From the NCBI GenBank assembly GCA_963804645.1, contig CAWDRG010000002.1, positions 1 to 64,000 of the forward strand: a stretch of DNA of 64,000 bases. Direction: 5' to 3'. Position 1 is the first letter of the stretch. The number at the start of each line of letters is the position of its first letter. The notes under the pieces were generated by a model. The model was given only the letters and a program-made list of their open reading frames with translations, made no database searches and was not told the DNA's origin. Origin of the DNA: an uncultured Bacillota bacterium. GTDB taxonomy: Bacteria > Sysuimicrobiota > Sysuimicrobiia > Sysuimicrobiales > Segetimicrobiaceae. Shown here one piece after another: positions 17,040 to 27,000 of the stretch. Position numbers and translations under genes: made by a program.

Positions 17040-17882
17040 ATGTCCGCGGATAGTCTCGCCGCAGTTCGGACGCTGCTGTTTACCCCCGGCAACCGTCCGG
17101 ACCGGTTTGCGAAGGCGGAAACCACCGGCGCCGACGGCCAGATCATCGATCTTGAGGACGCTGTGTCGCTCGGCGAGAAGGACCGCGCCAGGGAGACGGC
17201 GCTGGCCTACTTCAAGAGCGCGCCGCGGGGGACGCGGTTTCTGCGATGTCTCCGTATTAACGCGCTTCAGACCTCCGCAGGGTTCAAAGACGTGGCCGCG
17301 CTCGCCGACAGCGGCGTGCGGCCCGATGTGCTGGTGCTGCCGAAGGCCGAATCCCCCGTGTACTTCAGCCTGCTCGCGAGCGTGCTCGGGCCCGACCCGG
17401 TGCCCGCGATCGCGCTGATCGAGACCGCGCGCGGCCTTCGGGCGGCGGAGGCGATCGCGCGGCATCCCGGGGTAGGTGCCGTGGTCTTTGGGGCGGCGGA
17501 CCTCGCGGCGGATCTTGGGGCCGAGCTCGCCTGGGAACCGATGCTGCCGCACCGCGCCCACGTCGCGCGGGCGGCCGCCGGCGGGCAGATCCCCGCGTGG
17601 GACGTCCCCTACTTCCGGCTCGGCGACCCGGACAACAGCGGGCTGATCGACGAGACGCGGCGGGCGCGCGCCTTGGGCTACACCGGCAAGCTCGCGATTC
17701 ACCCCAAGCACGTCGCGCCGATCATTGAGGTCTTCACGCCGACGCTGGCCGAGGCCGAGCAGGCCCGGCGGATCGTTGACGCGTATGAGCGGGCGCACGG
17801 CAACGCCTGTGAAGTCGATGGGAAGATGATCGATACGCCGATCTATCGGTCCGCGAGAAGCCTCCTGGCCCGCGCCCGCTGA
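17040..17882 (+). CDS. CitE/HpcH-HpaI family CoA-ester lyase
   Basis: LFTPGNRP.RF.KA, DLEDAV, PKAE, IETARG, GKLAIHP, DGKMID.P. Confidence 0.9.
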   Translation: MSADSLAAVRTLLFTPGNRPDRFAKAETTGADGQIIDLEDAVSLGEKDRARETALAYFKSAPRGTRFLRCLRINALQTSAGFKDVAALADSGVRPDVLVLPKAESPVYFSLLASVLGPDPVPAIALIETARGLRAAEAIARHPGVGAVVFGAADLAADLGAELAWEPMLPHRAHVARAAAGGQIPAWDVPYFRLGDPDNSGLIDETRRARALGYTGKLAIHPKHVAPIIEVFTPTLAEAEQARRIVDAYERAHGNACEVDGKMIDTPIYRSARSLLARAR

Positions 17883-17901
17883 CGTCGACCGCCCTGCCGC
17901 G

Positions 17902-18786
17902 TCAGATCCGCGTGACCCCCCGGGGGTCGAGGACATCCCGGATCCCGTCGCCGACCAGGTTGAAGCCCAGAACGACGGACATGATCGCGACCCCCGGAAA
18001 CGTCGAGACCCACCACACGCCGGTGACCAGCTGGTTCCGTCCCTCGTTGATCATCGCGCCCCACTCCGGTGTCGGGGGCTGCGCGCCCAGCCCCACGAAG
18101 CTCAGGCTTGCGGCCAGCAGCACGCTGAATCCCATGCCGACCGTTGCCCGCACGATGATCGGGGACATGATGTTCGGGAGGACGTAGCGCGCAAGGATGC
18201 GGGTGTCGGACGATCCTTGAGCCCGGGCGGCTTCCACGTACGTCTCCTCGCGATTGACCAAGGTTGAGGCGCGCGCGAGCCGCGCGTACCCCGCGATCGA
18301 CGTGATCGCGACGGCGAAAATGGCCTTCCAGAGTCCCGGGCCGAGCGCCGCCCCGAGGGCCAGCGCCAGCACCAGGCTCGGAAACGCGAGCAGGACGTCG
18401 CACACCCGCATGATGGCGTCGTCGACGAGGCCGCCGTAGTACCCCGCCGCGACCCCGAACGGTACGCCGGCGCCCGCGGCCACCCCGACCGCCACGAGCG
18501 CGATCGCGAGATCGTACCGCGCGCCGTAGAGGATTCGGCTGAGTACGTCTCGACCGTAGAAGTCGGTGCCGAGCGGGTGCATCCCGCTCGGCGCCTGCAG
18601 CCGCCCGCCGATGTCCACGGCGAGCGGATCGTGCGGCGCCAGGATGGGCGCCGCGACGGCGACGAGCGCCCAGAGCACCAGGATCCCGAGCCCCACCAGC
18701 GAGAGGCTGTTGCGGCTGAGCCGACGGCCGAGCGCGCCCCACTCGCGGGCGGCTCGAGGCGCCCAGAGGACCGCCGCGTCACGCAT
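17902..18786 (-). CDS. Peptide ABC transporter permease (DppC/OppC type)
   Basis: HPLGTD..GRD..SR, EAA loop, LSF.GLG..PP.PEWG. Confidence 0.93.
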   Translation of the reverse strand: MRDAAVLWAPRAAREWGALGRRLSRNSLSLVGLGILVLWALVAVAAPILAPHDPLAVDIGGRLQAPSGMHPLGTDFYGRDVLSRILYGARYDLAIALVAVGVAAGAGVPFGVAAGYYGGLVDDAIMRVCDVLLAFPSLVLALALGAALGPGLWKAIFAVAITSIAGYARLARASTLVNREETYVEAARAQGSSDTRILARYVLPNIMSPIIVRATVGMGFSVLLAASLSFVGLGAQPPTPEWGAMINEGRNQLVTGVWWVSTFPGVAIMSVVLGFNLVGDGIRDVLDPRGVTRI

Positions 18787-18794
18787 CGTCCGAC

Positions 18795-19808
18795 CTACCC
18801 ATAGTGGATCCGCGGATCGAGCGCCGCGTAGGAAAAGTCCACGAGCACGTTGACGCCGACGAACAGCCCCGCGATCAGCACCGTGCACCCGATCACCGCG
18901 GAGTAGTCGAGCCACTCGATGGCCTGGACGAGATACGATCCGAGCCCCGGCCACGCGAAGACGGTCTCGACCAGGATGTTACCGCTGAACAGCAGGCCGA
19001 ACTGCACGCCGAGCACGGTCACGGTGGGAATCAGGGCGTTTCTGAGCGCGTGCCGGTAGAGCACGCCGCGGGCCGCCACGCCCTTGCTCCGCGCCGTGCG
19101 CACGAAGTCCTGGCTCAACACCTCGACGATGCTCGTCCGCACCAGCCGGACGGTGAGGCCGAGCGACGGGAGCGCCAAGGTAAACGCGGGCGGCAGCAGG
19201 TGCGAGACTGCGCGCCAGAACGCCCCGGGATCGCGCGCGAGCAGCGTGTCAATCGTGTACAGCCCCGTGACCGCTGGCGGGGGGATGTCCATCATGCCGA
19301 GCCGGCCGGTCGGCGACGGCAGCCAGCCGAGCAGATAGTAGCCGATGTAAATCACAATCAGGCCGAACCAGAAGCTCGGCATCGACAGGAACAATAACGA
19401 GCCGATCCGGCTGACGTGGTCGGTGGCCGAGTTGGCGCGGGCGCCGGAGAGCACGCCGATGGGCAGGCCGATGACGACGGCGATCACGAAGCTCACCAGG
19501 CTGAGCTCGACCGTCGCGGGCAGGTAGTGTGCGAGGTCCTTCGCCACCGCCTGTCCGGAGTGGATCGAAAACCCCATGTTGCCGCGGACCAGGTTGCCGA
19601 GGTACGTCACGTACTGGACCGGCAGCGGCCGGTCGAGCCCCCACTGCCGGTGCAGCGCCGCGAGGACCTGAGGGTCCTGCGCACTTTCCCCGAGGTACAT
19701 CCGCGCGGGATCCCCCGGGACCGTGTGGAGCAGCACGAACGTCACGAGCGTGATCCCGATGAGAATCGGCGGGACCGCCAGCAGCCGCCGCCACACAAAG
19801 CCGCTCAC
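18795..19808 (-). CDS. Peptide ABC transporter permease (DppB/OppB type)
   Basis: PGDPA, GLDRPL..QY, ARSKG, ETVFAWPGLG, LDPRI. Confidence 0.93.
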   Translation of the reverse strand: MSGFVWRRLLAVPPILIGITLVTFVLLHTVPGDPARMYLGESAQDPQVLAALHRQWGLDRPLPVQYVTYLGNLVRGNMGFSIHSGQAVAKDLAHYLPATVELSLVSFVIAVVIGLPIGVLSGARANSATDHVSRIGSLLFLSMPSFWFGLIVIYIGYYLLGWLPSPTGRLGMMDIPPPAVTGLYTIDTLLARDPGAFWRAVSHLLPPAFTLALPSLGLTVRLVRTSIVEVLSQDFVRTARSKGVAARGVLYRHALRNALIPTVTVLGVQFGLLFSGNILVETVFAWPGLGSYLVQAIEWLDYSAVIGCTVLIAGLFVGVNVLVDFSYAALDPRIHYG

Positions 19809-19870
19809 GGCGTCTGTCCCTCAGGCGTCAACGGGGCGCCGGCGGCGCCGTGCCGCGCCGCGGCCGGGTC

Positions 19871-21493
19871 CTACGCCCGCTTCTCAACGGGATAGAAGTA
19901 CCAGTTCCCGGACGGGAACAGCGTCCACCCCTTGACCCACGAGCGGTGCGCGTACATCAGCAGGCTGTCGTAGATCGGGACCGTCGCCGCGTCCGCGTTC
20001 AGCGTCTGCTGCATGCGCATCAGGAGTTGCTTGCGCGCGGCCGGGTCCGTCGTCCCCAAGAGCTGGTCGATCATCCGGTCCACCTGCGGGTTGTCGTAGA
20101 AGTTTCGGTTGCCCTTGGCGCCGGCGTTCTTCGAGTTGAAGTAGGAGTTCACGTAGTTGTCCACGATCGGCAGTTCCAGGCCGCTCAGGACGAACAGCGG
20201 CATCTTACCGTCGGTGTAGTTGTTCACGAACGTGCCCCACGGGATCTCCTGGATCGTCGCGTCGACGCCGATCTTCTTGAGCTGCGCCTGCACGAGCACC
20301 GCGGTCTGCTCACGCTCCGTGTTGCCGGCATTGTACGCGATCGGCACGCTGAACCCGTTCGGGTACCCGGCTTCGGACAGCAGCGCCTTGGCCTTGTCCG
20401 GGTTATAGGAGTACGGCCACAGGCTCGGCATGACGCCCTCCAGCGAGGTCGGGAGCATGCCGTGGGTGACCGTCGCGAGCCCAAAGGCCGCCGCGCGGTT
20501 GATGGAGTACGGGTCGATCGCGTAGATCATGGCGCGCCGCACGCGCACGTCGTCGAACGGCTTGAGTTTGTTCTGGATGTAGACTTGATGGATGCCGATC
20601 CCACCGTCGCGGCCCAACGAGATGTCCGGATTGCCCATCAGCTGGGTCGTCATGTCCGGCGGCAGATGGTACACGATGTCGAGCTCCCCGCGCTTGAGCA
20701 GCAGGAGTTGGGTGGCGAAGTCGGGCAGCACCCGGAACTCGACGCGCTTGAGCTTCGGCGGACCGGCCCAGTACTGGTCGTTCCCGAGCAGTTCGAACTG
20801 CTGCCCGGCGGTCCACTGCCCCCACTTGAACGCGCCGGTGCCGTCGGTGTTGCGCGTCATCCAGTCGTTGGCCTTGCCCGGCTGGATGCCGCCGTGCGCC
20901 TCGACTGTCTTCGGGTTGACGATCGCGCCGGTGTCCGTCGCCGCCATCAACTCGAGGAAGAACGGGCACGTCGCGCGCAGGGTGACGCGGATCGTGCGCG
21001 GGTCCACCACGGTCGTGCTGTTCTGGTCCATGTACTTGGAGACGAGGCTCGCCGGCGCCAGGTTGACGGTCAGCATGCGGTTGATCGAGTACTTGACCGC
21101 GTCCGCGGTCAGCGGGTCGCCCGAGTGGAACCGCACTCCCTGCCGCAGTGTGAACGTGAACGTCTTGCCGTCCTTGGACACCTGGACGCTCTCGGCGAGA
21201 TGGGGCTCCACCTCGGTGGTGCCGAGCGTCTGGCCGCCCACCTGCTTCGTCTTGTAGCGCACGAGCGGCTCGTAGATGTTGTCGAGCATCCACCGCGATC
21301 CCCAGTCGGAGATCGCGTGCGGGTCGAGGTTGACCGGCTCCCAGTACACGCCGTAAAACAGCGTGTCGGGATTGGGGACCACGGTCGCGGCCCGCGCCTC
21401 TGAGGCCGCGCCGAGATAGCGGGCCGCCAGGGCGGCACCCGCGGCCGCGGTGGTGCCTCGGACCAGTGCCCGTCGCGTGAGCCTCCGGTTCAT
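19871..21493 (-). CDS. Peptide ABC transporter substrate-binding protein with Tat-like signal
   Basis: LTRRALV twin-arginine; LDPH, LAES, LRQGVRFHSG, GTGAF, VRRA. Confidence 0.93.
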   Translation of the reverse strand: MNRRLTRRALVRGTTAAAGAALAARYLGAASEARAATVVPNPDTLFYGVYWEPVNLDPHAISDWGSRWMLDNIYEPLVRYKTKQVGGQTLGTTEVEPHLAESVQVSKDGKTFTFTLRQGVRFHSGDPLTADAVKYSINRMLTVNLAPASLVSKYMDQNSTTVVDPRTIRVTLRATCPFFLELMAATDTGAIVNPKTVEAHGGIQPGKANDWMTRNTDGTGAFKWGQWTAGQQFELLGNDQYWAGPPKLKRVEFRVLPDFATQLLLLKRGELDIVYHLPPDMTTQLMGNPDISLGRDGGIGIHQVYIQNKLKPFDDVRVRRAMIYAIDPYSINRAAAFGLATVTHGMLPTSLEGVMPSLWPYSYNPDKAKALLSEAGYPNGFSVPIAYNAGNTEREQTAVLVQAQLKKIGVDATIQEIPWGTFVNNYTDGKMPLFVLSGLELPIVDNYVNSYFNSKNAGAKGNRNFYDNPQVDRMIDQLLGTTDPAARKQLLMRMQQTLNADAATVPIYDSLLMYAHRSWVKGWTLFPSGNWYFYPVEKRA

Positions 21494-21583
21494 CGGCAAG
21501 TCCCCCTTCGTGTGGCCGTCATGATGAGCGATCTGTTCGCCCTGCGGCCCGACACCCCTGCGCGCCGGCGCCGCCGTCGGAGC

Positions 21584-21820
21584 CTACGCCCCGCCGAGGT
21601 GGCCGATGCGCTTCTCCCGGGTCGGGCCCTCGGTCGCGCCGGTGTACTCGTGCCACGCCATCCGTTGGGCCATCGGGAGCTTCACGTAGTCTTCCGGGCA
21701 GAGGAGCGTGCGCGTGAGCGGGCCGTCGCCGCGTCCACCGGGTCCGAGACCGCTGAAGCGCGCGTACCATCCTTTGAGTCCCGGTGTGTACTCCCTGCCG
21801 CATGTGCCACAGGTTGCCAT
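21584..21820 (-). CDS. Small hypothetical protein with CxxC (78 aa)
   Basis: RBS GGAGGTG before ATG; MATCGTCG...LLCPED. Confidence 0.65.
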   Translation of the reverse strand: MATCGTCGREYTPGLKGWYARFSGLGPGGRGDGPLTRTLLCPEDYVKLPMAQRMAWHEYTGATEGPTREKRIGHLGGA

Positions 21821-22008
21821 TCCCGCACCTCCGTTCGGCGGGCGTCGCGTTTCCACGTCCGCGGCCTTATGATACACCAGCACGGTACCCGGCGTGTATC
21901 CGGCCGCGCGCAGGAGAATCGGGCTCGAAGTTCGAACAAGCACGCCCGAACCCCGGCGTCACAGCGCCGAATCGCCGCAGCGTCTGTCGCAGAGTCGGAG
22001 GATCCTAC

Positions 22009-22998
22009 ATGGTCGCGCGCCGCCCGCTCCGGTCACCGGTGCCGTCCAGGCATCCCCTGCTCCTCGAGTGGTGGACGGATCTCGAAGGGGACAACCGGTC
22101 CGTCAACACCCGCCTCGCCTACGTCCGCGACGTGCAGCACTTCGCCGAGTACGTCGAGAACCGCCTCGAGCAGGTCACGTCGGAGGATCTGATCCGGTTC
22201 GGCCGGCGGATGACCGAGGCGGGACTGTCCGTGGGGACCCGGGCGCGCCGGATCACGGCGCTCCGTCGCTTCTACGAATGGTTCCGTCGGCGGCAGCACG
22301 AGCCGTTCTCGGTCGCGCAGGATCTTAAGCCGCCGCGCCGGCTGCGGCGCGTGCACCGGTGGTGGACCGAAGAGCAGGTCGCGCAGTTCAGGGCGGCGTT
22401 TGAGGGAGACGACCCGCGGGTGCTGCGCGACCGCGCCATGGCGGAGCTCGGCCTGATGGGACTGCGGGTCAGCGAGGTGACACGCCTCGACATCGAGCGG
22501 GTGGTCCGCCTGAGCCGTCCCGACGACGCCTCGATCGTCGTGTCGCGCAAGGGCGGCAAGGAGCAGGTGCTGCCGTTGACCGCCGACGCCCGTGCGGCCC
22601 TGCTGCAGTGGCTCGCGGTGCGGCCCCCCGCGGCGACGACCGCGCTCTTCTTTCGGATCCCGTTTCAACCGCGCCGTGCGCGGCTGCACTACGCCAGCGT
22701 CGAGAAGATTTTCAAGCGGTACGCCGCGCGGGCCCGCGTCCCGATTCCGGACGGGATCGCGTTTCACCACCTGCGCCATACGGCCGGCCAGCAGATGGCG
22801 AACATCGGGCTCGGGATCGAGGAGGCGCAGCGTCTCCTCGGGCACGAAAGCCCGGTGACGACCCAGGTGTACTACGAGGTGACGGACGCCCGGCTGCGCC
22901 GGGCCGCGCAGCGGCTGCGCTACGCGGGGTCGAGCGGGACCGCCCCCCGGGCCCGCCGCGCGGCCTCCCCATCCGGCCTCGCGCGCCGATCGGACTGA
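22009..22998 (+). CDS. Tyrosine recombinase, XerC/XerD-like
   Basis: SAM-like N-terminal domain; catalytic R (GLRVSE), K (RKGGKE), HxxR (HHLRH), H (LGHE), Y (TTQVY); RBS GGAGG. Confidence 0.93.
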   Translation: MVARRPLRSPVPSRHPLLLEWWTDLEGDNRSVNTRLAYVRDVQHFAEYVENRLEQVTSEDLIRFGRRMTEAGLSVGTRARRITALRRFYEWFRRRQHEPFSVAQDLKPPRRLRRVHRWWTEEQVAQFRAAFEGDDPRVLRDRAMAELGLMGLRVSEVTRLDIERVVRLSRPDDASIVVSRKGGKEQVLPLTADARAALLQWLAVRPPAATTALFFRIPFQPRRARLHYASVEKIFKRYAARARVPIPDGIAFHHLRHTAGQQMANIGLGIEEAQRLLGHESPVTTQVYYEVTDARLRRAAQRLRYAGSSGTAPRARRAASPSGLARRSD

Positions 22999-23226
22999 CG
23001 GCCCCGTCCTCGAGCGTCGCGCGCCGGCTCACCGGCGTTGCGAGCCCCGCGGAGCGTCCGCGCCGCGCCTCGAGCCTTGCTTGTCCACCTGAACACGCGT
23101 ACAATGGAATTGCTTCCCCTTCCTAACGCCCGCGGCCGTTTCCACCGCCACTCGGCCGGTTCCCCGGAGGAGAAGGTACGAGATCGGGTGTGATCCGGTC
23201 GATGCGGTTTCCAAAGGGGGACGCTG

Positions 23227-23460
23227 ATGGCACTGGACACTGAGCGGAACCGTGTGTTGGCGTGCTTGCGGGATGACTCGTCGGGGGCGGACAGCTCCAA
23301 CTTGAGTCAGCGTCTCAGCCTCACGAAGGAAGATGTGGAGCGTCACCTGCTGTACTGCACCGACCGCGATCTCGCCAAGTGGAAGCGCGAGCGCAACGGG
23401 CTTGGGCTTGCGGTGATCACCGATCGCGGGCGCGACTATCTCACGAGGCAGGGCCTTTAG
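23227..23460 (+). CDS. Small winged-helix-like hypothetical protein (77 aa)
   Basis: RBS AAAGGGGG; helix-turn-helix-like segment followed by a wing ending ITDRGRDYL. Confidence 0.65.
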   Translation: MALDTERNRVLACLRDDSSGADSSNLSQRLSLTKEDVERHLLYCTDRDLAKWKRERNGLGLAVITDRGRDYLTRQGL

Positions 23461-23728
23461 GATGCGCGCGAGCCAGTCGGATCATCGGGCGTTGCCGCGG
23501 GCGTCGTGGGACGCGTGCGGCGACAAGACCACGGAGGTTGCCTAGAGTCCCCGTCGGTCGGCGTGGTCCGCGCAGCGACACAGACGCATTCAGGTTTCGG
23601 TTACCTTACCCCGCGCCGGTCAATCATCGTCGCGCATTACGAACGGCCTCGGCACCGCGTGCCGGAGGCCGAAGGTCGGCTGCCGCTTCAGCGGCGCCGC
23701 ACTGGTCAACACCTAAGGGAGTGTGCAG

Positions 23729-23980
23729 ATGAGCGTAGTCGCGAAGCCACAGGGACGGTGGACGTATTGGATCGATGTGTCTGAGTCGGAGACGGCCGGT
23801 ACCCAGCATGCCTGGCAAGTCACCAAGGTCTACCAGCCTCAGCCTGAGACGGCCGTCCCGGTCGCCCGCGGCACGGCCGATAGCGTGGACCGGGCGGAGC
23901 GCGACGCCCAGGACGCGCGGGACGCGGCGATGCGAGCATCTCGCGAGACAGAGGTTGGAGAAAAACGGCCGGAGGCGTGA
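23729..23980 (+). CDS. Small hypothetical protein (83 aa)
   Basis: RBS AAGGGAG; protein-like composition. Confidence 0.55.
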   Translation: MSVVAKPQGRWTYWIDVSESETAGTQHAWQVTKVYQPQPETAVPVARGTADSVDRAERDAQDARDAAMRASRETEVGEKRPEA

Positions 23981-24013
23981 CGGCGTGCGCACCGGCCGAC
24001 AACGCCTGCCGCC

Positions 24014-27000
24014 GTGGGCCGGCGGCACCGACGCATACGTCGATCGCAGGGCCCCGGTCATGATCGCGGGAGTCGCGACACGTTAGCCCAGCCGCGGCCG
24101 TCTCCCGCTCGCACGCGCGTCAAAGGACGCGCGGAGTCGACGGGAGCGCGTGCGCCGTTCACCGGAGAGCTGTCGAGCATTGAGGGTCTCGACGCGCTCG
24201 GTAAGGTGCTGGCCGGTGCCCTCACCCCAGCGCGGAATTCGCGCTCTGCGATGCGGCGCTTCTTCGCCCGGCTCGATGCCAATGCCAAAGACCTGAGTCG
24301 GGCGTACCGCACGCTGGCCGGAGACGTCCGTGTTACCCAGAGTGCGCCGCCCGCGGCCGAGTGGCTGCTCGACAATTTTCACGTCGTCGAAGCCGAGCTG
24401 CGCGAGATTCGGGTTAGCCTTCCGCCGTCGTACTACCTTCAACTGACTGCCTCCCGGGAACTCCCCGAAACCGCCCGTGTGTACGCGATGGCGGTGGAGC
24501 TCATCCGCCATAGTGACGGCCGGCTTGATCTGCAGCGGCTGACCAGGTTCGTCTCGTCATTCCAGACGGTTTCGCCGCTCACGATCGGCGAGCTCTGGGC
24601 GTGGCCGACGATGCTCAAAGTCGCGCTGATCGAAAATCTCTGGAGGCTCACGGACGAAATTCTCGCCGACCGTGCCGGGCGCATCGACGCCGACCGCTAT
24701 CTCGCGCATTTTGAAGCCATGCCGGCCGGGGCCACGCCGCCGGCGCTGCCGGACGTGCTTCCCATGGCATACGTCGTGCGCCTGCTGGAACGAGTCCGCG
24801 AGTTTGGCCCTCGGGTCTCGCAACTCCGTGCCCGCCTTGACGAGAAACTCGCCGAGCAGGGTCTGACGCCCGAGGACGCGATTCTCGCCGACACTGACGA
24901 GCAGGCCGCGTGCCAGGTCTCGGTTGGGAACGTGATCACGAGTCTTCAGTTCTGCGCTTCCCTGGACTGGAGCCGGTTTTTCGAGCGCGTCAGTCTGGTC
25001 GAGCAGATCCTTCAGCGCGATCCGGCCGGTGTCTACGCGAACATGGATTTCGCGAGCCGGGATCGGTACCGCAGGGCCGTCGAAGAGCTAGCCGAGCCAA
25101 CCGGCGAAGCCCAGATGCGCGTGGCGCTTCGGGCCATCGAGCGTGCGCGGCAGGCCGCCGACCACAACCCCAGAGGCGATCGGGCAGCGCACGTCGGCGA
25201 GTATCTCATCGGAGAGGGTCGCGCAAGTCTGGAAGCGGACGTCGCCTTCCGGCCCGGCGTGCGCCAGCGCATACGCCGGGCCGTGGTCGCACACCCGACG
25301 GCCTGTTATCTCGGGACCATTGCCGTGTTGACTGCGCTCGGCCTGTACTTCGCCGTCACGCGTGCCCCTGGATGGCCTGCGGCGGTGTGGGTTGCCGCGA
25401 TCGCGCTCATTCCTGCCAGCGAGCTCGCGATTACGCTCGTTCAGTGGCTCGCCGCCGCCTTTGTGCCACCGCAACGCCTGCCCCGACTGGACCTCCGGGC
25501 CGGGGTCCCCGAGGACGGGCGCACCATGGTGATCGTGCCGACGTTGCTGACGAGCGTCCGGCAAGTGCATGCCCTCCTCGAGCACCTGGAGGTCCAAGCG
25601 ATCGGAAACTACGATGCCCGCATCCATTTTGCGATCCTCAGTGACTTCGTCGACGCATCCGCGGCGGAGATGCCAGACGATCGAGAGATCGTCGATGCCG
25701 CCCGCGCCGGGATTGAGGATCTCAACGCACGGTACGCGCCGGGGAAGAACGATCGGTTCTACCTGTTTCATCGCGCCCGACGGTGGAACGCACGAGAGAA
25801 TTGTTGGATGGGCTGGGAGCGCAAGCGCGGCAAGATTGAAGAGTTCAACCGCCTGCTCCGAGGCGCCACGGATACGAACTATCACGTGCAGGTCGGCGAC
25901 CGGTCCGTGCTGCCGACAATCCGGTACTGCATCAGCCTGGACACCGACACGCGACTGCCGCGGGACGTTGCCAAACAACTCATCGGGATCGCCCTCCACC
26001 CGCTCCACCGTGCTCGGGTCGACCCGCAGACGCGACAGGTCACCGCGGGGTACGGGATCCTGCAACCTCGGGTCAGCGCGACCATGTGGAGCGCCGCAGG
26101 CTCCCTGTTCTCGCGAGTGTACTCGGGCCATACCGGCGTCGACCCGTACGCGACGGCCGTCTCGGATACGTACCAGGACCTGTTCTCGGAAGGCGTCTAT
26201 GTGGGCAAGGGGCTCTACGATGTTGCGGCGTTCACATCAGTCCTCGCGGGTCGGGCCCCCGAGAACGCCTTGCTGTCGCACGATCTCTTCGAAGGGCTGT
26301 ACGCCCGCGTCGGACTCGTGTCCGACGTGGAAGTGGTCGACGACTATCCGTCGAGCGTTCTGACGCACATGCGCCGGTTGCACCGATGGGTGCGTGGGGA
26401 TTGGCAGCTGCTCCCGTGGCTGCTGCCCTGGGTTCCTGGGCGCCAGGGGATCGAGCGGAACGGCCTGTCGCTCATCAGCCGATGGAAGATTCTCGACAAT
26501 CTCCGCAGGAGCCTTGTGCCGGCATCGCTGGTGCTCTTCCTGGCGGCCGCGTGGACCGTGCTGCCGGGGAGCCCGTGGGCGTGGACGTTGGCGGCGCTTG
26601 CGGTCATGGGATCCCCGCTCTACCCCGTCGTGGTGCGCCTACTCCGGGGACCCGAAATGCGACAGCCGTGGGAGATGTTCTTGCGGGACGTGGGGCGGGA
26701 CTTCAGCGCTGCGACCGCCCAGGTCCTCGTGACGATCATCCTCCTTGTGTACCATGCGTACAAGAGTGTGCACGCGATCGCGGTCACCCTGGTGCGGCTC
26801 GGGACCAGCCGCGGGCGGTTCCTGGAGTGGGAAACTGCGGCGAGAGCTGCGCGCCTCGTCGGCCGGTACGGCATCGTGCAGTTTCTCTTTGAAATGGCGG
26901 TCAGTCCGCTCGTCGCCTTCGTCCTGTTGTGGACCATTCTCGCCGTCCGCCCCGACGCTCTGTTGGCGAGTGCCCTGTTTCTGCTCCTCTGGTTTGCCGC

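Noticed and set aside
23645..23670. GC hairpin upstream of the 83-aa ORF and ndvB as a possible riboswitch
   Set aside because: No conserved aptamer motifs recognised; an Rfam/Infernal search would be needed.
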